Assembly (NCBI GenBank): GCA_002269645.1
Contig: NIVC01002009.1
Span: 31,127 to 95,126 of the forward strand
Reading direction: 5' to 3'
DNA length: 64,000 bases
From: Macrostomum lignano
Taxonomy: Eukaryota
The position numbers and the translations under genes were made by a program. Below are positions 24,703-37,235 of the stretch, piece after piece. Every line of letters begins with the position of its first letter. Within the stretch, counting starts at the first letter, position 1. The notes under the pieces are model-generated. The model was not told the origin of the DNA, searched no databases, and saw only the letters and a list, made by a program, of their open reading frames with translations.

Positions 24703-26005
24703 GCCTCCCAGAGTGTCAGTTGTTGGGTCAGCTTCCCAGATTCTCAGTTGCTGAACCAGCCTCCCAAATCCTCAGTTGCTAGGCCAGCCTCCCAGAGTGT
24801 CAGTTGCTGGGTCAGCCTCCCAGATCCTCAGTTGCTGAGCCAGCCTCCTAAATCCTCAGTTGCTGGGCCAGCCTCCCAGATCCTTGCGGTTGCTGGGCCA
24901 GCCTTCTAGATCCTTGCGGTTGCTGGGCCAGCCTCCCAGATCCTTGCGGTTGCTGGGCCAGCCTCCCAGATCCTTGCGGTTGCTGGGCCAGCCTCCTAGA
25001 GTGTCAGTTGCTGGGCCAGCCTCCTAGAGTGTCAGTTGCTGGGCCAGCCTCCTAGAGTGTCAGTTGCTGGGCCAGCCTCCTAGAGTGTCAGTTGCTGGGC
25101 CAGCCTCCTAGAGTGTCAGTTGCTGGGCCAGCCTCTTAGATCCTCAGTTTCTGGGCCAGCCTCTCAGATTCTCAGTTGCTGGGCCAGCCTCTCAGATCCT
25201 CAGTTGCTGGGCCTGCCTCCCAGATCCTCAGTTGCTGGGCCAGCCTCCCAGAGTGTCAGTTGCTGGGCCAGCCTCCCAGAGTGTCAGTTGCTGGGCCTGC
25301 CTCCCAGGTCCTCAGTTGCTGGGCCAGCCTCCCAGAGTGTCAGTTGCTGGGCCTGCCTCCCAGATCCTCAGTTGCTGGGCCAGCCTCCCAGAGTGTCAGT
25401 TGCTGGGCCAGCCTCCCAGATTCTTAGTTGCTGGGCCAGCATCCCAGAGTGTCAGTTGCTGAGCCAGCCTTCTAGATCCTTGCGGTTGCTGGGCCAGCCT
25501 CCCAGATCCTTGCGGTTGCTGGGCCAGCCTCCTAGAGTGTCAGTTGCTGGGCCAGCCTCTTAGATCCTCAGTTTCTGGGCCAGCCTCTCAGATTCTCAGT
25601 TTCTGGGCCAGCTTCCCAGATCCTTAGTTGCTGGGCCAGCCTCTCAGATCCTCAGTTGCTGGGCCAGCCTCTCAGATCCTCAGTTGCTGGGCCAGCCTCT
25701 CAGATCCTCAGTTTCTGGGCCAGCTTCCCAGATCCTCAGTTGCTGGGCCAGCCTCTCAGATCCTCAGTTGCTGGACCAGCCTCTCAGATCCTCAGTTGCT
25801 GCTGGGCCAGCCTGCCAGATCCTCAGTTGCTGGGCCAGCCTCCCAGATCCTCAGTTGCTGGGCCAGCCTCTCAGATCCTCAGTTGCTGGGCCAGCCTCTC
25901 AGATCCTCAGTTGCTGGGCCAGCCTCTTGGATCCTCAGTTGCTGGGCCAGCCTCTCAGATCCTCAGTTGCTGCTGGGCCAGCCTCCCAGAGTGTCAGTTG
26001 CTGGG
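24703..26005. repeat. 28-bp minisatellite
   Basis: ctgggccagcctcccagatcctcagttg, about 45 copies with variant units. Confidence 0.92.
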
Positions 26006-26162
26006 CCGCCCCGCCCCTAAACTCTTGGGTTTAAAGAATTGGCTAACTTTCTGCACAGGCCGCAACTTGCATAGCCTGTCTGATTGACAGAACCTAATCT
26101 TACATAACTTCGTACGTACACCGCGTTTTCAAGTCTTTTTTTAATTTTTAACATTTTTAACT

Positions 26163-26481
26163 GGGGCTTGTAGTCTAGTGGTGAGAGCGTCGCACTCACG
26201 ACTAGAAAACGAGAAAACGACGGTCGGGGGTTCGATTCCCAATCCCACTAGAACAATTTGTGTCCTTGAGCCTGACACTTAACTCTGCATTGCTTCAGTT
26301 CACCCAGCAGTAAAATGGGTGCCAGCATTAGCTGGGGTAATTGAGGCTGTGTAGCGACCCCCCAGTCCTTGGACTGAACAGCTGGACGCAGCCTTCAGAT
26401 GCGCCGCGCAATAGCTGCGGCTGAGCTGTCGTTTGCACATCTGGCCATTAGGGCAGGTGTAGTCAATTATTATTATTTATT
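26163..26481 (+). mobile_element. tRNA-derived SINE with CORE-like central domain
   Basis: A box tagtctagtgg and B box ggttcgattccc. The segment gtccttgagcctgacacttaac...cagtt...gtaaaatggg resembles the CORE-SINE consensus (recalled). (TTA)n tail. Confidence 0.7.
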
Positions 26482-27744
26482 TTAGCATATTTTTACCAGC
26501 AAGGTCATTGGGTGTGCATATTTACTTTTTCATATCCAAATTGTCGGTATGAGTAGTCAGTTTCGCGTTTTCAGCCTGGATTTGTATTTACAGATTTGTT
26601 TTCTATGGAAAATTTCATTCTGACCATCAGTTTAAGCCTTCTGTTTAATACTGAAAGCAGAGTTGTTTTCTGTGCAATTCGAGTTCCCTTGCTTCGGTTG
26701 GTTTGCATTTCTGTGATCCAAATTCTACTCAAAATATCTTTATAATTAGATGCAAAAAATCATTGTGCAATTCAGTCTTTACGTTTTCGATTTCATGATT
26801 TTTTCAGCAATATAATGCGACTATGGAATTCGCCGCGATCTCAAACCCTGTTACAATTATTGAATAATAATAGCTCGTATTTACTTAATTATTATTAGTT
26901 TACTTCTTGAATCTCTCAAAATGTATCAGCTAGTCAACACTGGCTTCTGTCTTTTACAATTGTGAAAAAGTACACATTATACTACTCTATTTATAACCGG
27001 ACTGCTATGAAATGTGCGTTCGGTGTTTGTTGTTGACCTGTCATTTTTGTTCGGGCTTCCCTAGCTCCTTTACGAGCGTATTCAACTGGGATGAATCAGT
27101 TGTTGTGAGGTGGTTAAAATAAATTCTCATAGCAACTTCCAGCAAATTGACAGTTTCTGCAGGTTAGAATTTGTCTCTCTGAGATTTCACATCAGGTCGC
27201 TCAATGCAACATAATTTTAACATGCAAAATTGTGTTAAAAAACGGCCCATTTAGTGACAAGCATTAAATTCTGCTCCATGACGGCTATGCTTGGATATTA
27301 TTGAGTAATATTTCGTTAGTGTATCGCTAATGATAAAAATAATAATGATAAGCTAAACATTTGATGACGCCATTCGTGAGAGTTCAAATAGTTGTTTTTA
27401 TTAGAATATATTAGTGCATTGTGATTGTAATTAAGATCATCTAAAGTTATGATGCTAAATATAACTTACTGCATGCATTAGTAATCAGTAGACAACAGTG
27501 ACAATAGAATTTTTACTCTAATAAGCAAATATGACAACTGTAATGTAAAACTAAAAGGTTGTCACTAAAACAGGGCCTCGGGGACCGTTTTAATCAGCAT
27601 TTTGCATTTTAAACTTACGTCGCGTGGAGTCAACCCTAAATTAATTTCAATTCACTTCATCTTGAGTTTCTTGCCATTGGGAGTAAAAATAAGGGTGACT
27701 GATTTAAAAGCTAAACCTTTGCAAAATATGAACAACCCTGCTAC

Positions 27745-29470
27745 TCACTGAGACACCCATCACTGGAAACCCATCACTGAGACACATCACCGAGGCACCC
27801 ATCACTGAGACACCCATCACTGAGGCACCCATCACTGAGACACATCACCGAGGCACCCATCACTGAGACACCCATCACTGAGACACCCATCACTGAGACA
27901 CATCACCGAGGCACCCATCACTGAGACACCCATCACTGAGACACCCATCACTGAGACACATCACCGAGGCACCCATCACTGAGACACCCATCACTGAGAC
28001 ACCCATCACTGAGACACCCATCACTGATCACTGAGACACCCATCACTGAGACACCCATCAATGAGACACCCATCACTGAGACACCCATCACTGGAAACCC
28101 ATCACTGAGACATCCATCACTGATCACTGAGACACCCATCACTGAGACACCCATAATTGAGACACCCATCATTGAGACACCCATCATTAATCACTGAGAC
28201 ACCCATCACTGGAAACCCATCACTGAGACACCCATCACTGGAAACCCATCACTGAGCCACCCATCACTGGAAACCCATCACTGAGACACACATCGCTGAG
28301 GCACCATCACTGAGACACCCATCACTGAGACACCCATCACTGATCACTGAGACACCCATCACTGAGACACCCATCAATGAGACACCCATCACTGGAAACC
28401 CATCACTGAGACATCCATCACTGATCACTGAGACACCCATCACTGAGACACCCATAATTGAGACACCCATCATTGAGACACCCATCATTAATCACTGAGA
28501 CACCCATCACTGGAAACCCATCACTGAGACACCCATCACTGGAAACCCATCACTGAGCCACCCATCACTGGAAACCCATCACTGAGACACACATCGCTGA
28601 GGCACCATCACTGAGACACCCATCATTAAGACACCCATCATTAAGACACCCATCACTGAGACACCCATAATTGAGACACCCATCATTGAGACACCCATCA
28701 TTAATCACTGAGACACCAATCACTGGAAACCCATCACTGAGACACATCACTGAGACACACATCATTTATCGCTAGAGACACACATCACCCATCACTGGAA
28801 ACCCATCACTGAGACACACATCGCTGAGGCACCATCACTGAGACACCCATCATTAAGACACCCATCACTGAGACACATCACTGAGACACAAATCACTGGA
28901 AACCCATCACTGAGACACCCATCACTGAGACACCCATCACTGAGACACCCATCACTGAGACACACATCATTTATCACTGAGACACCCATCACTGAGACAC
29001 ACATCACCCATCACTGGAAACCCATCACTGAGACACACATCGCTGAGGCACCATCACTGAGACACCCATCATTGATCACAGAGACACCTATCATTGAGAC
29101 ACCCATCATTGATCACAGAGACACCCATCATTGATCACAGAGACACCCATCATTGATCACAGAGACACCCATCATTGATCACAGAGACACCCATCATTGA
29201 TCACAGAGACACCTATCATTGATCACTGAGACACCCATCACTGAGACACATTGCTGAGGCACCCATCGCTGAGACACCCATCATTGATTACTGAGACACC
29301 GATCATTGAGACACCCATCATTGATCACTGAGACACCCATCATTGATCACTGAGACACACATCACTGATCGCTGAGACACCCATCATTAAGACACCCTTC
29401 ATTGATCACTGAGACACCCATCATTGATCACTGAGACACACATCACTGATCACTGAGACACACATCAATG
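27745..29470. repeat. 15-bp-unit minisatellite (ccatcactgagacac) with higher-order duplications
   Basis: More than 100 units. A ~300-bp block recurs within the array. Confidence 0.93.
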
Positions 29471-29714
29471 GGACAGAAGTTGGGAGATTTCTAGAATTAT
29501 GCTGTAGTTTAAGCAGGCCTTGAATCAAAATTCTGTTACAATCCTCTTGCATGGCAGAATATTAGGCTAAGTCTCCGGCATCCACCTGTATTCAGTTTGG
29601 GCCATGCATAGAGGACTTGATTACAAGAGGCGGCAAGCAAAGCAGCTGAGACCCGATATCCCTACTCTCTATTTTGTCCCCACCAACAGACGCTGGCAGG
29701 GCCGCCGCTTCCCG

Positions 29715-31054
29715 ATGCGCGTCTGCTGGCACATGTCTGTCGCGGGCCGCTACCTGCTGCTGTGCCTGTACCTGTGCCTGTGGGTGTTCGCCCTCTTCAA
29801 CTACAGCAGCAGGTGCCGCTACTCGCAGCCGGACGTCTTCATTGAAGACTGGCCAGCCGACGACTCAAGGCTGAAGTCGGGCCGCTGTTACCTGCGGCGG
29901 GACAGCCTCCAGCTGCAGCCAATAGATATGCATAATGCACCTGAGCTGCATCATCTAGAGACTGCTCTGGCTGGTCCCGAAGTTCCGGCACAGATGAGGT
30001 TGCGTCCTGGCGGAAGCTGGGCTCCATCAAACTGCACCCCACTGCAACACGTAGCCGTGATGGTGGCCTTCAGGAATCGGGACTTTCACTTGCGGCTGCT
30101 GCTGAACCGGCTGCATCGGATGCTGAGAAGGCAGCTGATCAAGTACACTGTGTTTGTGGTTGAGCAGGTGAGTAATGCGTTAAGCAGTAACTTGAGCAGT
30201 TGAGCAGGCAGTTAAGCAGTGAGTTGAGCAGTGAGCTGTGAATTGAGCAGGTGAGCAGGCAGTTGAGCACTGTGTTTCAGCACGTAAACAGACTTAAGCA
30301 GATAGAGGCAGCTTCTAAAATCTACCCAGCCTCTGTGCCCCATCACCCAGACCGGACCGGAGCCCTTCAACCGAGGCATGCTGATGAACGTTGGCGTGGT
30401 GGAGGCCCTGAAGCTGGCCAGCTTTGACTGCTTCATCTTCCACGATGTGGACATGATTCCCGAGCACGATCGGAATGTGTACCTGTGCGATGAGAACGCC
30501 AGGCACCTGGCATCCGCCATTGACGAGATGCGGTATCACGTGATGTTCTACAACTACCTCGGCGCTGTGCTGGGTGAGTAGCTATGCCGATATGTATCGT
30601 TTGACGTGTTGTTAGTAAGCGGGATTAAAACCAGTTCTCTTCCCATCGGTCGTGTGCAGCGATGAGCAGCAAGAACTTCTTCCGCATCAACGGCTTCTCC
30701 AACGTGTACTGGGGCTGGGGCAACGAGGACGACGACATCAGCGCCCGCACGATGGAGGCCGGCATGCTGGTGTCCCGTCCGCCGCCCACCCTCGGCCGCT
30801 ACAAGATGGTGCGCCACCCCAAGGCCGTCCGCATCGAGAGCGGCAACGAGTACTTCATGGCCTGGCGGGCCAGGCACTATGAGGACGGGCTGAACGCGCT
30901 GAGCAGGGCCTCGTACTCAGTGCTGAGTCGCCAGGCGATGCCTTTGTACACAAACATCTCCGTGCGGCTGTCCCGCCAGCGGCATCGAATAACGCCCGAG
31001 TGGCTGTCCAACTCGGACTCCGTATGGTGGTTTCTGCGATTCTACTATCCATAG
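29715..31054 (+). CDS. GT7-family beta-1,4-galactosyltransferase-like, copy 2
   Basis: Exons 29715 (or 29733)-30167, 30351-30573 and 30660-31054. From VAGRY onward the protein is identical to copy 1, with a constant 7604-bp offset. Confidence 0.9.
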
Positions 31055-31849
31055 GCCGCCCTTTTTGACCCTGTCGAGTTGAGCTTTTGGCGCAGCGGTC
31101 CAGCCAAGAGGCATTCGCTCTTAGCAACTGCATTACGAGCGTAGCGCCCCAATCACGCGGGTGAGTCGCCCATCAGCCCCACCTGAGAATCGCCCATCAG
31201 CCTCACATGAGAATCGCCCATCAGCCTCACATGAGAATCGCCCATCAGCCTCACCTGAGAATCGCCCATCAGCCTCACATGTGAATCGCCCATCAGACCC
31301 ATCTGAGAATCGCCTCTAAATTACTGATAAAATCTGTCTTAATCCACTCCAGAGAGTCCGAAACGGACCAACCGCAGTCAGCGCAACTCGCAGCCTGTAT
31401 AGTCATAAAACTGAATGCTGAATTCTTCCACCGAGAGCTGCCCATATTGAAGTATTATTATATAAACCTACCTTTGATGTACTATAGCTCCAATTGCAAT
31501 CGGAATTATATTCCATTTTTTGTTTCGCTCAGCTTTGACTCTCCAGTTAATGCGAGTAAGTAATATTATTGATTACTTATCCCTGGTGCTCGTTCGTCAA
31601 ATCGCAATATTATTTTAGGCTTTTCGCTTCCCTGAATTGGTAGTTTTTTCTATGTATTTTACTGCAATGTCGGCGCTATACTACTATTAATAAATTAAAT
31701 TGTTTAAATATAAATGATTTCTTGACGCTTCAATGTCATATTGATGTTTAGTTCACAGTTTTATGAAATTACTCAGCTTATGTAATTGTTAAGTGAATTA
31801 AAAAACCTTGCTTTGCTGGACATCGCTTCTTTGTTCATCGCTTATCGGG

Positions 31850-32495
31850 GGCGCAGATAAGGAGGGGGTTGGGCGCAGATAAGGAGGGGGGTTGGGCGCA
31901 GATAAGGAGGGGGTTGGGCGCAGATAAGGGGGTTGGGCGCAGATAAGGAGGTGGGTTGGGCGCAGATAAGGAGGTGGGTTGGGCGCAGATAAGGAGGGGG
32001 GTTGGGCGCAGATAAGGAGGGGGGTTGGGCGCAGATAAGGAGGGGGGTTGGGCGCAGATAAGGAGGGGGGTTGGACGCAGATAATGAGGGGGGTTGGGCG
32101 CAGATAAGGAGGGGGGTTGGACGCAGATAAGGAGGGGGGTTGGGCGCAGATAAGGAGGGGGTTGGACGCAGATACTGAGGGGGGTTGGGCGCAGATAAGG
32201 AGGGGGTTGGACGCAGATAATGAGGGGGGTTGGGCGCAGATAATGAGGGGGGTTGGGCGCAGATAATGAGGGGGGTTGGGCGCAGTTAAGGAGGGGGGTT
32301 GGGCGCAGATAATGAGGGGGGTTGGGCGCAGATAATGAGGGGGGTTGGGCGCAGTTAAGGAGGGGGTTGGGCGCAGATACTGAGGGGGTTGGGCGCAGAT
32401 AATGAGGGGGGTTGGGCGCAGATAAGGAGGGGGTTGGACGCAGATAATGAGGGGGTTTGGGCGCAGATACTGAGGGGGGTTGGGCGCAGATAATG
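31850..32495. repeat. ~21-22-bp G-rich minisatellite (expanded allele)
   Basis: Same unit as 24260-24430 but about 30 copies. Confidence 0.9.
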
Positions 32496-32801
32496 AGGGT
32501 AAGAGCACGACTGAGGAAAGAGGGTAAAATTGAATTGCAAATCAGAAGTGAGCAAGAGGGAGAGAGAAAAGAAAGATTGAACTGGACAGAGGGAAGCAGT
32601 AAACAGAGGGACGACCGGACGAGGCAGTTTAACTGGAGAGATGACCAGACGACTTAGAAAGTTGCGACATCCAGAGCCATTATGCTTCTGACGAATGCGC
32701 CTGGATCCGAAAACCACCCTGCAAAGTGTCTCGCAGTTACTGTCTGGCACAATTCCGCTGACTCCTAAGCACTCACTCAGGGTGTAGAGGCCCTGACTTT
32801 C

Positions 32802-33991
32802 TCATCGATTGTCAGGCATGGTACACGTGTTGTATTTTCTGCTTTTGTCCGTGCAGACCGAAGACCGGGTGGTTTGGGTTCGGGTACTGGACTGCCCAGA
32901 GCTTGCCGAGTGTGATAGGAAGGAGAGCGGCGACCCCTGAGGCGTACAGAAATTCGTCCAGCTCTCGCGAGGGAGATGCGAATGATGATTGATGAGGCTG
33001 CGATCATGTAGCCACTCAGCAGCACCAGAGAGGTGAACACGGGCCTGGAGGCACGCAGACACTTCGCAGACTCTAGTGAAGACTGCGACTGGAGGAAAGA
33101 ATTTAAAAGAGGATGAGAAATAAATGAGAAGTAAAGACTATCTTACCGGGAGAGGCTAACTCGATGAGCTCACGAACGATTGCGCGTATTTCATCACTTT
33201 CAATGATTTTCACAAGTACTTGAAGGGCTAGCGGGGAGAGTAGGCTAGCACGAAAGCCGGGCGTGGGCCGTGCACGCACCTAGATACTGTACATGGTGGG
33301 ATAGAGAGCAGGGGGCTGGGTTGGGGCTAAGGGCCGCTAAGCCACACAAGGGCTGGGGAGGGGGGCAAAACTCAGTTGAAGGACGATAGAAAAAAAAGAG
33401 GGGGAGGCTAGCCAATCAGGTGCCTCCGCGGGGACATGATTGGACTGGCCCAAACGAAAGAGAAACTAAACGGGGACAGACAGCCAATGAAAGTAAAACT
33501 ACGAGAAAACTAAAATGATAAACAAGAATGGTGGCTGAAGACAGGGGGAAGGCAGACCAGAATGATCAAGTTGCAGGGAGAGGAGAGGTGGAGCGCAAGG
33601 GTCGGGGCAAGGGCACTGTGAAGCGCAGCTCACGACACACTCTCTGTCTTGGAGGTTGGCCGGCACTCCGGGGCTTGATTGTGTTGCTTTAACCCTCGAG
33701 TCGGACTCTTTAACCCGGCTACTGGCCTGTGAGCTTCTCTGCATGGTAGCTTACCACACGTTTGAATTTCTGCTTGAACAGTGTGTGCGCAGTGTTGGTT
33801 TTGAACTAGGTCCACGACTTTTGTCTGCCACAAATTGACTATCAATCTTAATAACCCAACCTAAACCTAATTACCACAACCGTCGCAGTCTGAGCTAGGA
33901 CCTCTAGGAGTGGTGGTACCGTTGTATAAGGCCGTAAACTATTCGAGTTTAATGGAATATTATTTAAAGGCCGAACTTTAAATGTACTCAT
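32802..33991 (-). CDS. Candidate 4-exon ORF of unknown function (~185 aa)
   Basis: Hand-built model with exons 33991-33875, 33824-33755, 33227-33147 and 33088-32802. All introns are GT-AG and phase-compatible, and the spliced frame has no stop. No recognisable homology. Confidence 0.35.
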
Positions 33992-34025
33992 AGGCGTAGG
34001 AAAGTTTCAAAAAGTGGGGGGCCAA

Positions 34026-34576
34026 TGAAGTGACACATTTTGGTCCAAAAAGTTCCCATCCAGATTGAATGTATTTTAACCAATGAATGCGCTCCAAATA
34101 GCAAGCTGAGGACACGACCAATGAAGACTGAAAAGTACTATAAAAGCCCATGTCAACCAAGCAAGAAGCTCGCCTCCTTTTTCCTTAGCTCCACAATAGA
34201 CTGAACCTTCGGTTCACCCAAACAACCAGAACCCATTGTAACTTGAATCAATTGAGCTTCTTATTTGGAACTCCATCTTAGACATTATACTTTGTAAGAT
34301 AACATAACAGATTGTGACCATCAAATACAACAGTCTGTAAGTTACCATCAAGTGTTTGCATCATCAGGAAAAGTCAGTTGAATCCGCCGCCTCAGCTAGT
34401 TATTTGGCTCTCACATTGATATTTGAAGTAGACATAGAGCCATACAAGTGACGGACCAGAAGAACGATAATACCAACATCTTATTTAAAATATTTCACTG
34501 GTTCCCTGACTGGGAGTCGAACCCGGGCCGCCTGGGTGAGAGCCAGGAATCCTAACCGCTAGACTGTGTCACTTCA
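34026..34576 (+). mobile_element. Nested LTR-like unit with 12-bp inverted termini, ending in a tRNA-Glu copy
   Basis: Termini tgaagtgacaca / tgtgtcacttca, flanked by ccaa / ccag. Internal CCAAT x2 and TATAAAA (34139-34145). TTCA at 34494-34497 is followed by TGG plus the tRNA complement. Confidence 0.5.
34499..34564 (-). pseudogene. 5'-truncated tRNA-Glu(CTC) copy with encoded CCA
   Basis: The reverse complement gtctagcggttaggattcctggctctcacccaggcggcccgggttcgactcccagtcagggaacca has the anticodon arm CCTGG-CT CTC AC-CCAGG, T loop TTCGACT and 3' CCA. It starts at tRNA position ~10. Confidence 0.85.
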
Positions 34577-36520
34577 CCAGGTCCAGTGGCGGATTAGGGG
34601 GGGGGGCGCATAGGGCAGGGCGCACGCCCCCATCGAGTTAGATTTTTATATATGGAAAATGCACATTATCATGTAGCGATTATTTTCAGAATCCGTCTTG
34701 TCAGCACTCATTTTAGCGCCGCAGGCACTCATTCAGGCACTCATTTTAGCGTCGCATGCACTCATTTTAGCGTCGCATGCACTCATTTTAGCGTCGCATG
34801 CACTCATTTTAGCGTCGCATGCACTCATTTTAGCGCCGCAGGCACTCATTTTGGCGCTGAAGGCGCTGTTTTGTCGCCCTGCAGCAAAATGCATTCATGC
34901 AAAGCAGCAAAAATAAAAAATAAGCAAAAAGTCTACATTTTAAATTTAAAATGTGGAGGGGTCAGATACCATTACTGCCCCCCCCCATTTTAAAAAGTGG
35001 GGGGCATGGCCCCACTGTCCACACCTTCCTAAGCCTATGAGTGTACTTTCTTAACTTTGAATCTGCTGCACATCGACACAGAGGGATAATTTTTGTTATT
35101 TCTTCAAATTGATGGTCTATTCAACAGCAGGAATGCCAAGCCACTTTTCCGCCCGTCGAACTACCAAGAGGGGGAATCCCCCCAGACAATTTTTTTGCTG
35201 CGCCGGAACGGAGCAACGCAGGCACACGGAATTCGAGAACACGGGCTAACTTTTTGTTGCGCACATTCTCAAACAAGAATCAAGTCGCCAGCCCTCCGGA
35301 CCGTCGAGATATTCGACGATTCTGCTAGAAGGTCGGATTTTTCCCATAAGCGCTAGTGTATTCAGTACACCCCTGTGCGCCAATCAGCACTGCGCCTCAG
35401 TGCAGCCTTGCCAAGCCTCCAAATTTTATCAGCACGTCGACCACATGTGTCTGCATCAGCTCTGGCTTCGTTAGTCACTGGCCTTCACCGAGACGGAGCT
35501 TCTAGACCTTCAACAGGTGGCACCACGTGACTATGAACACCCTGATGCGAATTTCTAGAGTTTTGCTGATCAAGCCTCGACAGTGGGCAAAATTCAACTG
35601 CTAGGTATCCTCAGCTAGTCTCTCGAGCATTCCGTCATCACCCGGACGCCGTCGGCACCTTCAACAGATTACAGCAGGTGACTATGGACACCTTGATGCG
35701 AATTTCTATAGTTTCGCCGATCAAGCCTCGACAGTGGGAAAGCCTCAACTGCTGGACATCCTCAGCTAGTCTCTCGAGCATTCCGTCACCACCCCGACGC
35801 CGTCGGCTCCTTCAACAGATGACACCAGGTGACTATAGACACGCTGTTGTGAATTTCTTTGATGTCGCTCACCAGCATCAATAATGGACAAACTTTCATT
35901 TCTGGTCGTTCTCAACTAGACTCTCAAATAGTCTATCATCACCAGACATGATTAAGTAAACGTGATGACGTAATTTGTTAATTACACTGTAAATTGAACA
36001 GAATCTTCGCGAAGAAAAAAATACTAGAAATTATCCAATTTTCTGTGTGGAATGAATATCAATTCATAATATACTGAATCTCTAGTCTTCTGTCCTAAAA
36101 GTTGCTAAAATTGTTTAAAATAAAAAAATCATCTCTTTTGGGTGTTTATAGTCGGTTTCGTCTCCTTGAAGGTGCCGACGACGGCAGAATGACAACCGGA
36201 TGCTTGAAAAACTAGTTGAGGATACCTACCAGTAGAGGTTTGCCCATTATTGAAGATTGATTAGAACAATCTAACATATTTGCAACAGGATGTTCATAAT
36301 CACCTGGTGTAATCTGTTGAAAGTGCCGATGGCGTCGGGGTGATGATGGAATGCTTGAGAGACTAGCTGAGGATGTCCAGCAGTTGAGGCTTTCTCACTG
36401 TCGAGGTCGAGGCCTGATCGGCGAAACTAGAGAAATTCGCATCAGGGTGTTCATACGAGCTAGTCACCTCGTGCCACCCGTTGAAGGTCCAGAAGCTCCG
36501 CCTGGGAGAAGGCTAGTGAC

Positions 36521-37223
36521 TGTTGTGTCTCGGCCTAATGGCCGCTGGACGGGTCAAGGTTCGGGCCCTCCCCGCCTGAGACACCCCTGTCCCAGCCCTC
36601 ACCCCGGCTATTCCTACCCTGTCTCGCTCGGTTCGGCGAGAGTTCGCCTGACCGAACACCCTGGGATCGGCGAGAGTTCACCGTTCCCAGGTCCCTGCAG
36701 ATCCCGGCCCCACGCGGCAACCCAGAAGAACGAAAGCTCGAGCTCACCTCCTCTTGATATATCGAGTTACTAACGAAGCGTTTATTGGCCCGAAGCAGTT
36801 ATTGGCACGCGAAGGCAGAGGTACGCCGATGAACGCAAAAACAGTAAGAACGAAGCGGACACCAATAGAGAGCCACGTGGAGCGCAGCCCGCTCAGGGCT
36901 AGCATTTAAATAATACACAAAAAAGGGGGAAGGGGGGGGCAGACTGGAGACGGCGAGCCAAACCCTGGGGCCCAGCCGGCTTATCAGCCAGCCAGCCAAT
37001 ACGAGCAGCCCCAGGGTGAGGCGGGCAACGAGGGAGGGGGGGGGTCGGCACCCAGATTGGACAGAGATTGGGCCGGGGCTGGGTGCAAAGGGCTAGGCCA
37101 GGGTTGAGACTTACGCCTCTCACAAACCCTGGCCCGGGCGCGAGACGGGGGACGGGGCGGGGTGGCATGAAAACTGAAAACAAAAGTACGAGTACATACA
37201 CACTGGAAGGGCGCAGCCCAACA
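36521..37223 (-). repeat. 3' LTR of the Gypsy element
   Basis: Matches 44461-45163; the only differences seen are two G-run lengths. Minus-strand AATAAA at ~36781-36786. Confidence 0.97.
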
Positions 37224-37235
37224 TCCTCCCCCTCC
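37224..37235 (-). other. Polypurine tract
   Basis: ggagggggagga on the minus strand, abutting the 3' LTR. Confidence 0.9.

Larger units (their letters stand above)
33989..35039. mobile_element. Non-autonomous hAT-type element
   Basis: TIRs cataggcgtaggaa / ttcctaagcctatg. 8-bp TSD aatgtact (33981-33988) / agtgtact (35040-35047). Contains a 21-bp repeat gcactcattttagcgtcgcat at ~34700-34850. Confidence 0.8.

Noticed and set aside
26163-26250. Functional tRNA gene
   Set aside because: The anticodon/variable region is disrupted by an insert and it continues into a SINE body and tail.
24703-29470. Regular 28-bp and 15-bp arrays as possible CRISPR arrays or repeat proteins
   Set aside because: The units are head-to-tail with no unique spacers, the context is eukaryotic, and the ORFs are repeat artefacts.
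34499-34564. Functional tRNA-Glu gene
   Set aside because: It lacks a contiguous 5' acceptor strand, has encoded CCA, and has no downstream oligo-T terminator.
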